From a virus, in the IMG/VR virus record IMGVR_UViG_3300047094_002183, positions 2,286 through 66,285 of that record: a stretch of DNA of 64,000 nucleotides, one strand, 5' to 3'. The position numbers and the translations under genes were made by a program. This document shows, in pieces, positions 17,713 through 28,300 of the stretch (position 1 is the first letter of the stretch; every line of letters begins with the position of its first letter). A model generated the notes under the pieces. That model was given only the letters and a program-made list of their open reading frames with translations, made no database searches and was not told where the DNA came from.

Positions 17713-17986
17713 GGTTTCCATCGTCGACTCGCTTTCTAACGTCTCTACGGGCCGGGCTGAATTTGTGGTCAGCGGTAATGGTATCGAAGAACTCATGGCG
17801 GCTGCAACGTCAAATATGGTTCTGCAGAAGGCGGCCGAGCTTGGACTGAACCGACCCGGTGTTTCCAACGCTAGCGGTCCGTACCCTGTTGACGAGAACG
17901 GCAAGACTGACGATGAGCTTATGATGGGCAAGCGTGGGCCGGTCGCCGGTTATCAGCGCGACTTTGTCATTTTAGCGTCGCTCTAG
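17711..17986 (+). CDS. hypothetical protein (91 aa)
   Basis: GGAGG at 17701-17705, 5 nt before ATG 17711; MVSIVDSLS...YQRDFVILASL reads as a globular protein. Confidence 0.7.
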   Translation: MVSIVDSLSNVSTGRAEFVVSGNGIEELMAAATSNMVLQKAAELGLNRPGVSNASGPYPVDENGKTDDELMMGKRGPVAGYQRDFVILASL

Positions 17987-18310
17987 TCCGTAATGGTCGT
18001 CTTTGCGGTCGACCCAAAGAACGGCTACCGGTTTGCCTTTTTCGAACTGAACAACGGAAAAACAAACTGGTGTCGTGCAGTCGATTTCAAGTTTGGCAGT
18101 GACCGCCTGTCCGGCGCGAAGGCTCATTTTTTTCGCAACCTTGAACGCCTCTTCACGGTCAGCGAACAGTCCGACCGGTACGTCGTCCATGGTGTGCCGC
18201 CAGATAACGAGATAACCGGTCATGCCGGACTTAGGGGCCGCGCTGCGTTTTTTACGCGGCGCGGTTTTCTTTTTGATAACGGTCTTTTTGGTTTTAGTTT
18301 TCATCGGCAT
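17972..18310 (-). CDS. hypothetical protein with a Lys-rich N-terminus
   Basis: 112-aa ATG ORF; basic tail followed by a small beta/alpha domain. Confidence 0.6.
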   Translation of the reverse strand: MPMKTKTKKTVIKKKTAPRKKRSAAPKSGMTGYLVIWRHTMDDVPVGLFADREEAFKVAKKMSLRAGQAVTAKLEIDCTTPVCFSVVQFEKGKPVAVLWVDRKDDHYGLERR

Positions 18311-18471
18311 CGCTTTCTATTACGTCCGGGACTTCGGTTATTTTGGTAAACGCGGTTACTCTGACGCTTTCTGTGGGCTCAAGATCGAGCAGCTCTGCCC
18401 ACTTCCAATACTGCGGCGGATCAATGGCCCCGCTGCATATGATTTCTAACGTAATCGTTTGTTTTCGCATG

Positions 18472-18939
18472 CTATTCCTCTAGTCCAAATGTGTCGATGT
18501 GGGCGAGCCGGGCAGAATAGAACTCTGCAACATTTCCGGCAACGGCAGTAAAACGTTTCACGATTTCGGGCACAATCTTGGTTGTGAACACGGTCAAGAT
18601 TGTTTTCTGATACTTAGCTAGCGCCTCTGGCGTGTAATTAGCGCGCCGCACTTTTTCCGCGCCTTTTCTGATGTCGGGGTCGCTGTCCAGCATGAGTTGC
18701 ACAAACGCCGGGTTTATGAACTCGATGATGTGCCCGTAAACTTGTTTGACTTCATACGGGACGGGGACTTCAAACATACATGCGCCGGGCCACACGTCAT
18801 CAGGTTTGGAGTCTTTTGACGGATAGCGCAGCTTTCCAAGCGACCAACCAAACGCTGCGGCGTCGTCATTTGGCTCGGCCATGACGAACGGCGGCTTAGC
18901 CTTCTCTGGTTTTTTATCGAGTTTTAGTTTGCGTTTCAT
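18472..18939 (-). CDS. hypothetical protein
   Basis: 155-aa ATG ORF. Confidence 0.65.
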   Translation of the reverse strand: MKRKLKLDKKPEKAKPPFVMAEPNDDAAAFGWSLGKLRYPSKDSKPDDVWPGACMFEVPVPYEVKQVYGHIIEFINPAFVQLMLDSDPDIRKGAEKVRRANYTPEALAKYQKTILTVFTTKIVPEIVKRFTAVAGNVAEFYSARLAHIDTFGLEE

Positions 18940-18960
18940 TGATAGCTAAGGAAAATTGAA

Positions 18961-19041
18961 ATCACCGGCTGCACAACTGGGAATACACATTACCGTCGGG
19001 TTAGGACAGTAGATGTGTATCCCAGCTGCACAGCCAGTGAT
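18961..19041 (-). ncRNA. long intergenic RNA hairpin (putative cis-regulatory, processing or small RNA element)
   Basis: About 36-bp imperfect inverted repeat whose five substitution mismatches all become G-U pairs on the - strand. Confidence 0.6.
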
Positions 19042-19050
19042 ACGGATTGA

Positions 19051-19437
19051 TCAGTCGAGACTCGCAGTGCACGCCACGTAGGCATGATACTGCGCCCGCG
19101 CCTCAGCGTGGGGGTCAGCCGGCTTGAGGACTGTGTCCTCACCTTCAGAGGCAAGCATGCCCCTGAACATAGCCGCAGTGTACTCGTTGTACAGCCGCGA
19201 CATGTTTCCCCGCCGAGAAGTGGCGGTGATTTCCAGCACGCGCTCCCGAATGAACGCGGCCTTCGACCAAAACCCGTCGATGTTGTCGACGGCTTCGGCG
19301 TGTCCTTCCATTACGTACTCGAAAAGACGCACAGCCTTTTCGGGCACGATTTGAAACGACGGGGCGGCTTTGTAGAGCCGCTTGATCACATTGCCACGAA
19401 ACTTTTCAACGACCGGCGAAACAGCTGCAGCAACCAT
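19051..19437 (-). CDS. hypothetical protein
   Basis: Start re-called at ATG 19437 (GAGGGA upstream); 128 aa. Confidence 0.6.
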   Translation of the reverse strand: MVAAAVSPVVEKFRGNVIKRLYKAAPSFQIVPEKAVRLFEYVMEGHAEAVDNIDGFWSKAAFIRERVLEITATSRRGNMSRLYNEYTAAMFRGMLASEGEDTVLKPADPHAEARAQYHAYVACTASLD

Positions 19438-19561
19438 GACTTTAAATCCCTCGCGAGGCACGGATGTTGACCCACTGATACAACACAGTAGCGTCAACTA
19501 ATATGCCGCGATATCGCGAGAAATTTAGCGGTTTCCAGTTTCCAGAAAATGGAACGCGACG

Positions 19562-19861
19562 CTAAAACGTCAGCTGTACCACTTGGCCGCCAGCGTTGAC
19601 GTAAACAATCCGAACTTTTTCGGCGTCGATAAGCTGCTTGAATTCTTTTTTCTTTTCGCTGCTCATGCCAGCCAAGCATGTTTTGATCTTGGCCATCTCG
19701 CCGCGCTGGTGTTCTTGCCGTTTACGGGCGCACGCCCCGCAGCCAGATTTTGACGACGCAAAAATATCGCGCTTATTAATTAAGCACGGGATGCCTGCAA
19801 ACTTAGCGTCGTGCAACATCGAGAAGATGGTGCTATCCTCTATAACAACTAGCGCAGACAT
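19562..19861 (-). CDS. hypothetical protein with a CxxC motif
   Basis: 99 aa, GCGAC, GAGG Shine-Dalgarno. Confidence 0.7.
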   Translation of the reverse strand: MSALVVIEDSTIFSMLHDAKFAGIPCLINKRDIFASSKSGCGACARKRQEHQRGEMAKIKTCLAGMSSEKKKEFKQLIDAEKVRIVYVNAGGQVVQLTF

Positions 19862-19870
19862 AATACATCC

Positions 19871-20395
19871 TCACGGTGGTGGCGCTGATGGCGCGTCGCC
19901 AATCCAGATTTGGCCGCCGGGAAGTAATGTGTCTGTCAGATCCAGCGTGGCTTTTAAGCGTTGCACGTCTTCAGCAACGTCGCGGATGAATGCCTCTACC
20001 TCTGCACGCGAGCGTAAAAGAACGTCTACGAAGTCAAGGCGAAACCACTCTGGTCGCGTGTCCGGGATCGGCTCGTCTTCTGGATATTCTTCGAGATCAG
20101 TCGGCGAGCAGACATGATCAAACGCGCCGACGCGTTCCGATTCACCCGGCTTGAGCGGCAGCAGAAGGTACGCAAAAATTTTAATCGGCATCAGGAGCGC
20201 GTCGCTCGCCACGATGCGCACACGGATGCCGTCTGTTGCGTGATAGTTATACCGGCTTACTTGCCACGTCAGCCTGACCCGCCGGCCGCTGCTTGTGACG
20301 GCCATGGGCGCGATGCGCGGCGAATAAAAATCCATCCCGATCGTGTCAGGGATTTTGATTTCATCGTCCGGGTTTGGCGCGCGGCAATCTGACAT
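19871..20395 (-). CDS. hypothetical protein, possibly virion-associated
   Basis: 174 aa, packed at the end of the structural run. Confidence 0.7.
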   Translation of the reverse strand: MSDCRAPNPDDEIKIPDTIGMDFYSPRIAPMAVTSSGRRVRLTWQVSRYNYHATDGIRVRIVASDALLMPIKIFAYLLLPLKPGESERVGAFDHVCSPTDLEEYPEDEPIPDTRPEWFRLDFVDVLLRSRAEVEAFIRDVAEDVQRLKATLDLTDTLLPGGQIWIGDAPSAPPP

Positions 20396-20403
20396 TAGGG
20401 CCT

Positions 20404-20772
20404 CTACGGAAATAGATATCTTGTCGGCGTTGTTTCGTTCGGCTTGGCGTAGAATATTGTAACACCTGTCGACTCGATGTTATCTGTCTTTGCAACATAG
20501 CGCACAAACTGCTGCACCGTTTCGGGGTTTGTTTGCTTCGCGGCCTCAAGCGTTTCTAACAACTCCGATACGCAGCCGGCAATAAGCGTAGTATCTGCAC
20601 GGCAGCGGCAACCGGCGTTTTTTGCCGAGCTTTCAAACGCGGCGTTGCAGGCGTCCATCGTTTCTTTTAAGTGTTTTAACCCCGGATTGCGGTCAAAAAA
20701 CTCGGGCGTTTTACCCATTTGTAAAATATTGTCGCGATTCAATGACAGCATGCGGGTCATATTGCCGGCCAT
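20404..20772 (-). CDS. hypothetical protein
   Basis: 122 aa, GGAG Shine-Dalgarno, GCRC motif. Confidence 0.7.
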   Translation of the reverse strand: MAGNMTRMLSLNRDNILQMGKTPEFFDRNPGLKHLKETMDACNAAFESSAKNAGCRCRADTTLIAGCVSELLETLEAAKQTNPETVQQFVRYVAKTDNIESTGVTIFYAKPNETTPTRYLFP

Positions 20773-20847
20773 GGCTTTTCTCCGGGTTGGTTGTCACGTA
20801 TTTTAGCGGCGGATTATTTTTTGTGCAGCCATTTACGTGTAGCCGGC

Positions 20848-22296
20848 TCATGGGTTTGTTGCTGCCTCTTTAATCGCCGCGCGGAGCACGGCATTTGTTT
20901 GAATTGCTGCAACAAGCTGGCTAATTGTCAGTCCGCCATTTGGCCCCGTCGGCCCAGTCGCGCCAACTGGACCGAGCGGTCCGGTCGCGCCCGCCGGACC
21001 CAATACACCGGTAGCGCCCGTGGCTCCGCGATTGCCGTCGGCACCACGGGGTCCGCTTGGTCCCAGCGGACCTGTGGGGCCTGATGCGCCTGTAGGGCCA
21101 GCTACGCCTGTAGGGCCAGTGCTTCCGGCGGGACCGGTCGCGCCCGTCGCGCCTGTGGCCCCGCTAGGGCCGATAGCGCCGCTAGGGCCGCTGGGGCCGA
21201 CGGCCCCTGCCGGGCCGCTTGCGCCCGTTATACCGCGCTCTCCGGGGTTACCGCACGGCCCTGTAGCGCCAGTCATACCTACCGGCCCTGTCGCACCCGT
21301 AGCGCCTTCTTGGCCCGTAATACCGCCCGCACCCTGCGGGCCAGTTGCGCCCGTAGCGCCTGTCTCACTCGGCGCACCGCGCTGGCCGCGCTGGCCGCGC
21401 GGGCCGGCCGGGCCTAAATAACCGCGCGGACCGGTAGCGCCTGTTGGTCCTTGTCGTCCCTCCGGCCCTAGTAGCCCGGGAAAACCTTGTAATCCGGTGG
21501 GACCTCGCGGGCCATCGGCACCGACAGGGCCAACCGGGCCGGTTGCGCCGGTTGCACCGGGCACGCCATTTGTGCCGTCTCTGCCGGGCACACCTGTAAC
21601 GCCCGTGCTGCCTGTAAACCCGCGCGCGCCGGTAGAACCGACAGAGCCGCGGACACCGGTAGCGCCGCGCGGGCCGGTTGGGCCGGTTGCGCCTGTAAGC
21701 CCGCGCAGCCCGGTAGCACCTGTTGCGCCGCGCGCGCCGGTCGCGCCGGTAATACCGTTAATTCCGCGCAAGCCAGTAACGCCCGTAGCGCCGCGCGGGC
21801 CGACAAAACCCTGCGGGCCAGTTTGTCCAGTTGCGCCAGTTGCGCCCGTAGCGCCGCGAGCGCCTGCAGTACCAGTGGCCCCTTTGGCGCCTGTTACGCC
21901 AGTTGCACCTGTTATACCGGTAACGCCTGTTGCGCCGCGCGCGCCGGTCGCGCCGGTAATACCGGTGGCCCCAGTAGCGCCGGTAACGCCATCGGCGCCT
22001 GTTGCGCCGGTAACGCCTGTTGGGCCAGTTATGCCCTGCGGGCCGGTTACGCCGGTTGCGCCCTGAATGCCGGTTGCGCCAGTAGCGCCGACAGCGCCAG
22101 TAGCGCCGGTAACGCCAGTGGCGCCTGTTGCGCCGGTAACACCAGTAGCGCCGGGATCGCCTTGCGGTCCGGGTGGGCCGGGCGGGCCGACTGCAGCGCC
22201 GCAACCGGCAGATGTTAGCGGCAAAACCGGCGCATCGAAAGATTGCAGTACGATCTCTTCTTCTTCTGGCTGCGCATTGTCGTTGTTTTCGGTCAT
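20848..22296 (-). CDS. collagen-like triple-helix protein (fibre)
   Basis: About 420 aa of continuous Gly-X-Y (GAT/GPT/GVT) with short N- and C-terminal caps. Confidence 0.9.
   Translation of the reverse strand: MTENNDNAQPEEEEIVLQSFDAPVLPLTSAGCGAAVGPPGPPGPQGDPGATGVTGATGATGVTGATGAVGATGATGIQGATGVTGPQGITGPTGVTGATGADGVTGATGATGITGATGARGATGVTGITGATGVTGAKGATGTAGARGATGATGATGQTGPQGFVGPRGATGVTGLRGINGITGATGARGATGATGLRGLTGATGPTGPRGATGVRGSVGSTGARGFTGSTGVTGVPGRDGTNGVPGATGATGPVGPVGADGPRGPTGLQGFPGLLGPEGRQGPTGATGPRGYLGPAGPRGQRGQRGAPSETGATGATGPQGAGGITGQEGATGATGPVGMTGATGPCGNPGERGITGASGPAGAVGPSGPSGAIGPSGATGATGATGPAGSTGPTGVAGPTGASGPTGPLGPSGPRGADGNRGATGATGVLGPAGATGPLGPVGATGPTGPNGGLTISQLVAAIQTNAVLRAAIKEAATNP
21583..21633. 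repeat. 51-bp exact direct repeat, copy 1
   Basis: gccgggcacacctgtaacgcccgtgctgcctgtaaacccgcgcgcgccggt is identical to 24123-24173. Confidence 0.9.
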
Positions 22297-22301
22297 GATA
22301 T

Positions 22302-25300
22302 TTATTCCAGCAGCTCTAATATCAAGGCGCGAAACTTTGCTCGCAACGTCGGGTTAACTGGTTGTCCGTTTGTGTTCAAACCAAGTTGCGTAATTAACGC
22401 CGTGGTAAAATCAGCATCTGCCGCCAGATTTTTTGTGTTGAACTCTATTGTTGCGCCAATAACTGCGTTATCAACAATTGTAACATTACCCGACAGCACA
22501 GCCGGTCGCGACGAGATAAAATTATTGCCGACTAACGCAATTTGCGGTCCGGTCGCGCCCTGCGGCCCTGTAGCACCACGGGCGCCGACCGGCCCGGTAA
22601 TACCGCGCACACCAGTTGCCCCCTGCGCGCCTGTGGCACCTGTAACACCCTGATTGCCAGTTGGGCCTGTTGCACCACGGACACCGGTTGCGCCTATTTG
22701 CCCGTCATTTCCGCACGGACCCGTTGCGCCGCTAACGCCACTAGCGCCAGTAGCGCCTATTTCGCCGGCAACGCCCGTCGGGCCAGTGACACCGCGCGAG
22801 CCCTGAACGCCCGCCGGCCCAGCAGCCCCCGGCAGACCCGGAGCACCTCTTTCACCCTCTGGGCCTGTTTCTCCGGCGCAGCCTGTCGCACCAGTTGGAC
22901 CGATTTGACGCCCGTCGAGAATAGTATCGAACTTCTGCCAGCCCTTGATGTCGAGTTTTTCTTCCGCTCCGTCAACAATTACTGTTTTTTGGTACGGCGT
23001 CCATACGTACGCGAACAATGTCGGTTTTTCGATCCAAAAGTCACCATACGTCGGCGAGCGCTGCGGGCGAATCTGTGGTTTGGATTCGTCTCGCGGCGGG
23101 TTGTCGTACAAACGCAGCGGAAAATCTGTTGCGAGGCCCTTATAAAAAATTGGCAGTTGGTCGGGCGGTGTGCGATTTGTTCCGATAAACCAATCGCGCG
23201 TTGTCGGATACCGACGCGCTGGTGGTTCTGGCGGGTCTTCTGCCGATGGCGGGGGTGCAAGTGGGTCAGGATCGACATCTGGGCGGGCCATGTCCACGCT
23301 ATAGCGAAGTGTGTAGTATTCTTCGTAGCGCGCTCGAATTACGTCTTCCGGTACGTATTTCAAACATTCATCGGTGTTTGTAAGATTAATATCAATCGGC
23401 CCAATATTGATCCACCCGACGCGCGGCGGGTCTGGCAATAAACCGTCGTTCATCGTCCCGATTGTCGAAGTATCGTTGAACCATAAAAACGCGTCGCCGG
23501 CTTCGGCCGGGGGTTGCGCGCCCAATATGACATCTTCCATTGACACGCCGTCGTCGTCGTCGGCTGGTTCCGGGACTGGATTGAGTTGCCGCCGACCAGA
23601 GAGCGGGTCTGATCGGTAGCCTAGGCCTTCGTCCGTAACGACAATCACTGCCCCGCCAACGCTAAAAGGCCCGTAACGATATGTTAGCTCTACATTTTCA
23701 ACCGTCGGTACTTTTCTCGTGATGTTACCGACCGTGAGATCCGACAACAGCTCAACGTTTCCGAAAACTAAATAATCATTCCATGTGCCGCGCGTATACA
23801 ACGCAGCTGCATAGCCGGCGTCGATCCCGCGGTCGCCCTTGTTGCCCATTGCGCCAGTTGCCCCCCGCGCGCCCGTGGGCCCGATCGGACCAGTAGCGCC
23901 GGCGGTTCCTCGCGCGCCGCGAAGCCCCCGAGGGCCGGTTTGGCCCAGCGCGCCTTTTTCTCCGCGCGGACCTGTCGCTCCGGGCGATCCAGTCAGCCCT
24001 CTGTCGCCCTTATTGCCCTTATCGCCTTTGAGGCCACGCGGCCCAACTAAGCCCGTTACACCAGTTGCGCCCGTTGCGCCGGTAACGCCTGTGACGCCGC
24101 GTGGGCCAGCGGCGCCTGCTGCGCCGGGCACACCTGTAACGCCCGTGCTGCCTGTAAACCCGCGCGCGCCGGTCGCGCCGGTAATACCCTGATTGCCAGT
24201 TGCGCCTGTTGCGCCGCGCGCGCCAACGGCGCCTGTGGCGCCGGTTTGACCGCGCGGGCCTGTTGCACCCGACACGCCTTGGCGGCCTGTCGCTCCGCTT
24301 ATACCCGTTGCGCCAGTTGCGCCTGTAACGCCGGTAGCGCCTTGCGCGCCAGTGGCGCCTACGGCGCCGGTTTGACCAATCGGGCCGGTTTCACCAACGA
24401 CGCCGCTCGGCCCAGTTGCGCCGCTTATACCTGTTGCGCCAATTGCGCCTGTTGCGCCGGTAACGCCGCTTGGCCCTGTTGCGCCGGTAACTCCTGTTGC
24501 GCCTGTTACCCCGGTAGCGCCTGTAAGTCCTGTTGCGCCACTCGCCCCCATATCTCCTGTTGGACCAATACAACCTGTTGGGCCCGTTGCACCGCGCGGC
24601 CCCGCTGGACCCGCGGGCCCTTGCGGACCAGTTGCGCCGCGGGGGCCGGTCGGACCTGTCGGACCACTAGGTCCGCTTTCGCCCGTCTCGCCCTGCAGGC
24701 CTTGCGGGCCCATCATACCCATAGCGCCCGGCATACCCATTAAACCGCGCGGGCCGGTTGGGCCAGCGGGGCCAGTAGCGCCGGTCTTACCTTGCGGGCC
24801 GGTTGCGCCTCTTTCACCTTGATCGCCTTTGCTCCCACCGCCGCCGGTGCCGTCAGACGGACAATCAGTCGTATCTAATGTAACCGTGACATTGACGACG
24901 TTATTTTTTATATCTACATAACCGCCACCAATTTTTTGACTGCCGCCGGTAACAGTTACTGTGCCGCCTTGTAGCGTGTTTGTCGCGGTGAGTAATTTGA
25001 TGTCATAAAAACAGTCGCCGTTTTTATCGCCGCGTGGTGTGATTGATAAAGCACCGCCGGAAATTGGCGTGTATTCTCCACCGCCGGCATACTGTACTGG
25101 CGTCGGGTCAATTTTGTAGTCGCCGGCGCCGAAAATGGGGCACGCTGTAATCGCTTTGACGGAAACATACGGCGTGATTTCCCAACGACAAAGATCCGTT
25201 TGCGCCACATTAAGCGTTACGGTATTGTCGAGATCTTTACCGGAATAAAGTGTTCCAGTTTTACCAATAATAACTGGAATACACGGTTTGGGAATGCCGA

Positions 25301-28300
25301 GATTAATGACAACGTCTGTCGCGCAACTTTGCCCCGGAAAATATGCCGGCGTAATGCTCATGCTGCCGACTGGGTCTGCTGTCGGCGGTAGTGATGTCAC
25401 ATTGACGGCGCCAGTCCAGATTGTGCACGGCGGCGTCGGTATTTGGATGTCTAAATCCAGTACAACATCGAAGTTACATTGCGGCGGTTCGTTTACGCCG
25501 ATATTCAGCGTATGCGTTGGTAAAATTTCAAGCAGCACCGTCGATGCTGCGCCGTAACCGACACGCAAACTTTGATTTACAACATTGATAACCGGGCACG
25601 GCGGTCGCGGAAGCAGCGTGTCAATGTTGATATCAAAGTGATACAGACACTGTCCCGGGTCTCGACAACTTGGGCCGCTGGTGACCGGCGTGATTGCAAG
25701 AAAACTACCGGTGCGCAAAGGCGCAACGTCTTCGTAGCGCGTAAAAAACGTGCCGCTCGTCGACATAGTCGCGCATACCGGCGGCGGAACCGGCACAAAA
25801 AGATCTAACGCCAAATCAAACGCGCACGTGTCAGGCGTAGTGCACGCCGACGACGGAATTGTTCTTTTTGTGACTGTGAGCTTATTCTGTTTTCCGCTGA
25901 CGCACGCCGCACCGGCAAAACCGGTGGTCACTCGCACCTCGCCGCTTTTAATTTCAACGCAGGGCGGCTCAGGGATCGGGATAACAATCGCGAGATCAAG
26001 ATCAAATTCGCACTGCGGCGCACCGCAATCAACCGGTGTTTGCCGCGACACGACGCTAAACGAGCTGGACTTACCCGCAACGCACGCCGACCCGGCATAC
26101 CCACTCCGCACGTCCAAGCGACTAACATTAATTACTGGGCACGGCGGCGGCGGAATCGGAATGTTTAATTCCAGATCGACGTTGAATTCGCAGTTGTCGA
26201 CGCCGCACTCATCCGTAGTCGATGCGTTTATTATTTCAAATTTGCTTGCGCCGAGTCCTTTTGTGCACTGCGTGCTATAAAACACGTTTTGCGCGAAAGT
26301 GCGGCGACGAATTACCGGGCACGGCGGTTTTGGAATCGGAATAGCGAGTAATAGCTCGACGTCAAATTCGCACTTGCCGGGATCGTCGCAACCTTCCCCG
26401 AGTTTATGGTTTGGGGTTATTGCAAAGTAATTCGATTTACCCACCAATGACGAGCACGTTTCGTAGCCTGTCGTGACATCAAAAGCTGTAAGCCGCAGCT
26501 GCGGGCATGGCGCGCGCGGAATTGGAACGTTCAGCTCCAGTTCGACATTAAATTGGCATTGCCCGGGATCGTTGTGGCTGCTGCTCGGTATATGCTCTGG
26601 CGTAATGCGCAAAACGTTTTCGCCGTCTGCGCAAGTAACGCCGCCGCCGTCCGTAAACCCAACGGTCATTGAAACCGCTTGTACCGCAATAATAGGGCAG
26701 GGCGGCAGCGGGATCGGGACTGCGATTTTTAGGTCGATATCAAAATCGCACTGGTCGGGCGTATCGCAATTGCCCTGCGTGACGCGCGGTGTAACGGCGA
26801 GCCCGGACGTGAAATTCTCAAAAATGTTTTCAGGTGTTCCGCCGCTATCACCACCGCCACCACCGCCGCCATTATTGGTGACGCTGCCGCTTTGTATTTG
26901 ACAATTTGAATCTGAATAACACACGTTACCCATAGCCATGTTGTACTGCGCTGATCTGCACACAGCCATTGTCGCGTAGCGCCCAGCCGCTACCTCGCCG
27001 GCGCAGTATGTTTCAACTTGACGACATTCTGTCCCGTCGCCGCAGTCTTCGCATTCGGCGGGGCGGTATATTAAGACGTATTCGCCCGAACAAGTCGCGC
27101 TCTCGCTACTTGATACTTTACAATTTGAATCTGCATAACACACCCCGTCTGCAGAAAAACCGCTACTAGCGAGATGTATTCTGCATTGCTCCATTGTCCC
27201 GGGTACCACGACGCCATTTTCTATGCTGTCGAAGTAGCCGTTCGCCAACAAGGTAGCGCAGTGTTGGTCAATAGAAACACACGTGATCGACGCGGGGTCG
27301 CCAACCACGGTGTACCTTAATGCATACCCGCCGGGACAAAACTCGACGCCGGCGCTGTTGCTATTGGGATCCGTGAGCGAGAGCTTCGTGCCGCCGCTAC
27401 TATTACCACCACCGGCGGCAGTGAAAGAGAGCTTTGTGCTGCCGCCACTAGTGCCGCCGCTGCCACTGACGATGTATCCGCTGCGTACGTCAACATTTAT
27501 AACGTTGAGATTTGGGCACGGCTGTCGCGGGATTGGAACTTCTAAATCTAGCTCAACGTTAAAACGACACTCACCCGGATCATCACAGTCTGTGCCCGGC
27601 ACGTGTTCGGACGTAATGCTGAATTTATTTTTTCCTGTGAAGCACTTACTATCGGAATCGTTTCCGATAAAGCCAACAGTTAACCCAAAATTTTGCACGC
27701 TGATAACTGGGCACGGCGTGCGCGGAATTGGGACTGCGATAGCAAGATCGACATCGAAGTCGCACTGGTCCGGCGTATTGCAATTGCCGACAACAATTCT
27801 CGGCGTAATGGTGAATGCTGGCGTGACGCCATAGAGGCACGAATTTTTATCGTTAATATCTGCCGGTTGAAATCCGCTAACTACAGTGAAATTGTTAACA
27901 AAAATATTCGGGCACGGTTGTTTCGGAATTGGAATGGCGAGTTCCAGTTCAACATCAAATTGGCACTCATCTGGCGTGTCGCAGCCGCCCGGAATAATGG
28001 TCGGCGTAATGGCGAAGCGCGTGTTCTTGCCAAACAAGCACTTATTGTCTACGCCGATTTCGGCGTCGGCAGCTGCAAAACCGACAGACACGTCGAACGT
28101 TTTTGTATTAATTACGGGACACGGTGGGCGCGGAATAGGGATAGCCAGCGCTAGGTCTACTAAAAAATTGCACTGGTCGGGTTGATCGCATTCGCCCTGT
28201 ATGTGCTCTGTTGTGATTTCAAATTTTTGTTCGACGCCAGTAAAACAAATAGCGTCGTCATACGCCGTAACGACGTCGAAACTGTTGACATTAATAACTG

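Noticed and set aside
20791-24743. Many P/V/A-rich + strand ORFs and alternative-frame ORFs over the collagen genes
   Set aside because: They are antisense or frame shadows of Gly-X-Y codon repeats.
20848-24830. Repetitive DNA considered as a CRISPR array or DGR template/variable repeat
   Set aside because: The periodicity is 9-nt coding repeats with no spacer structure. The 51-bp copies are identical, with no adenine-specific differences, and no reverse transcriptase or cas gene is in the window.
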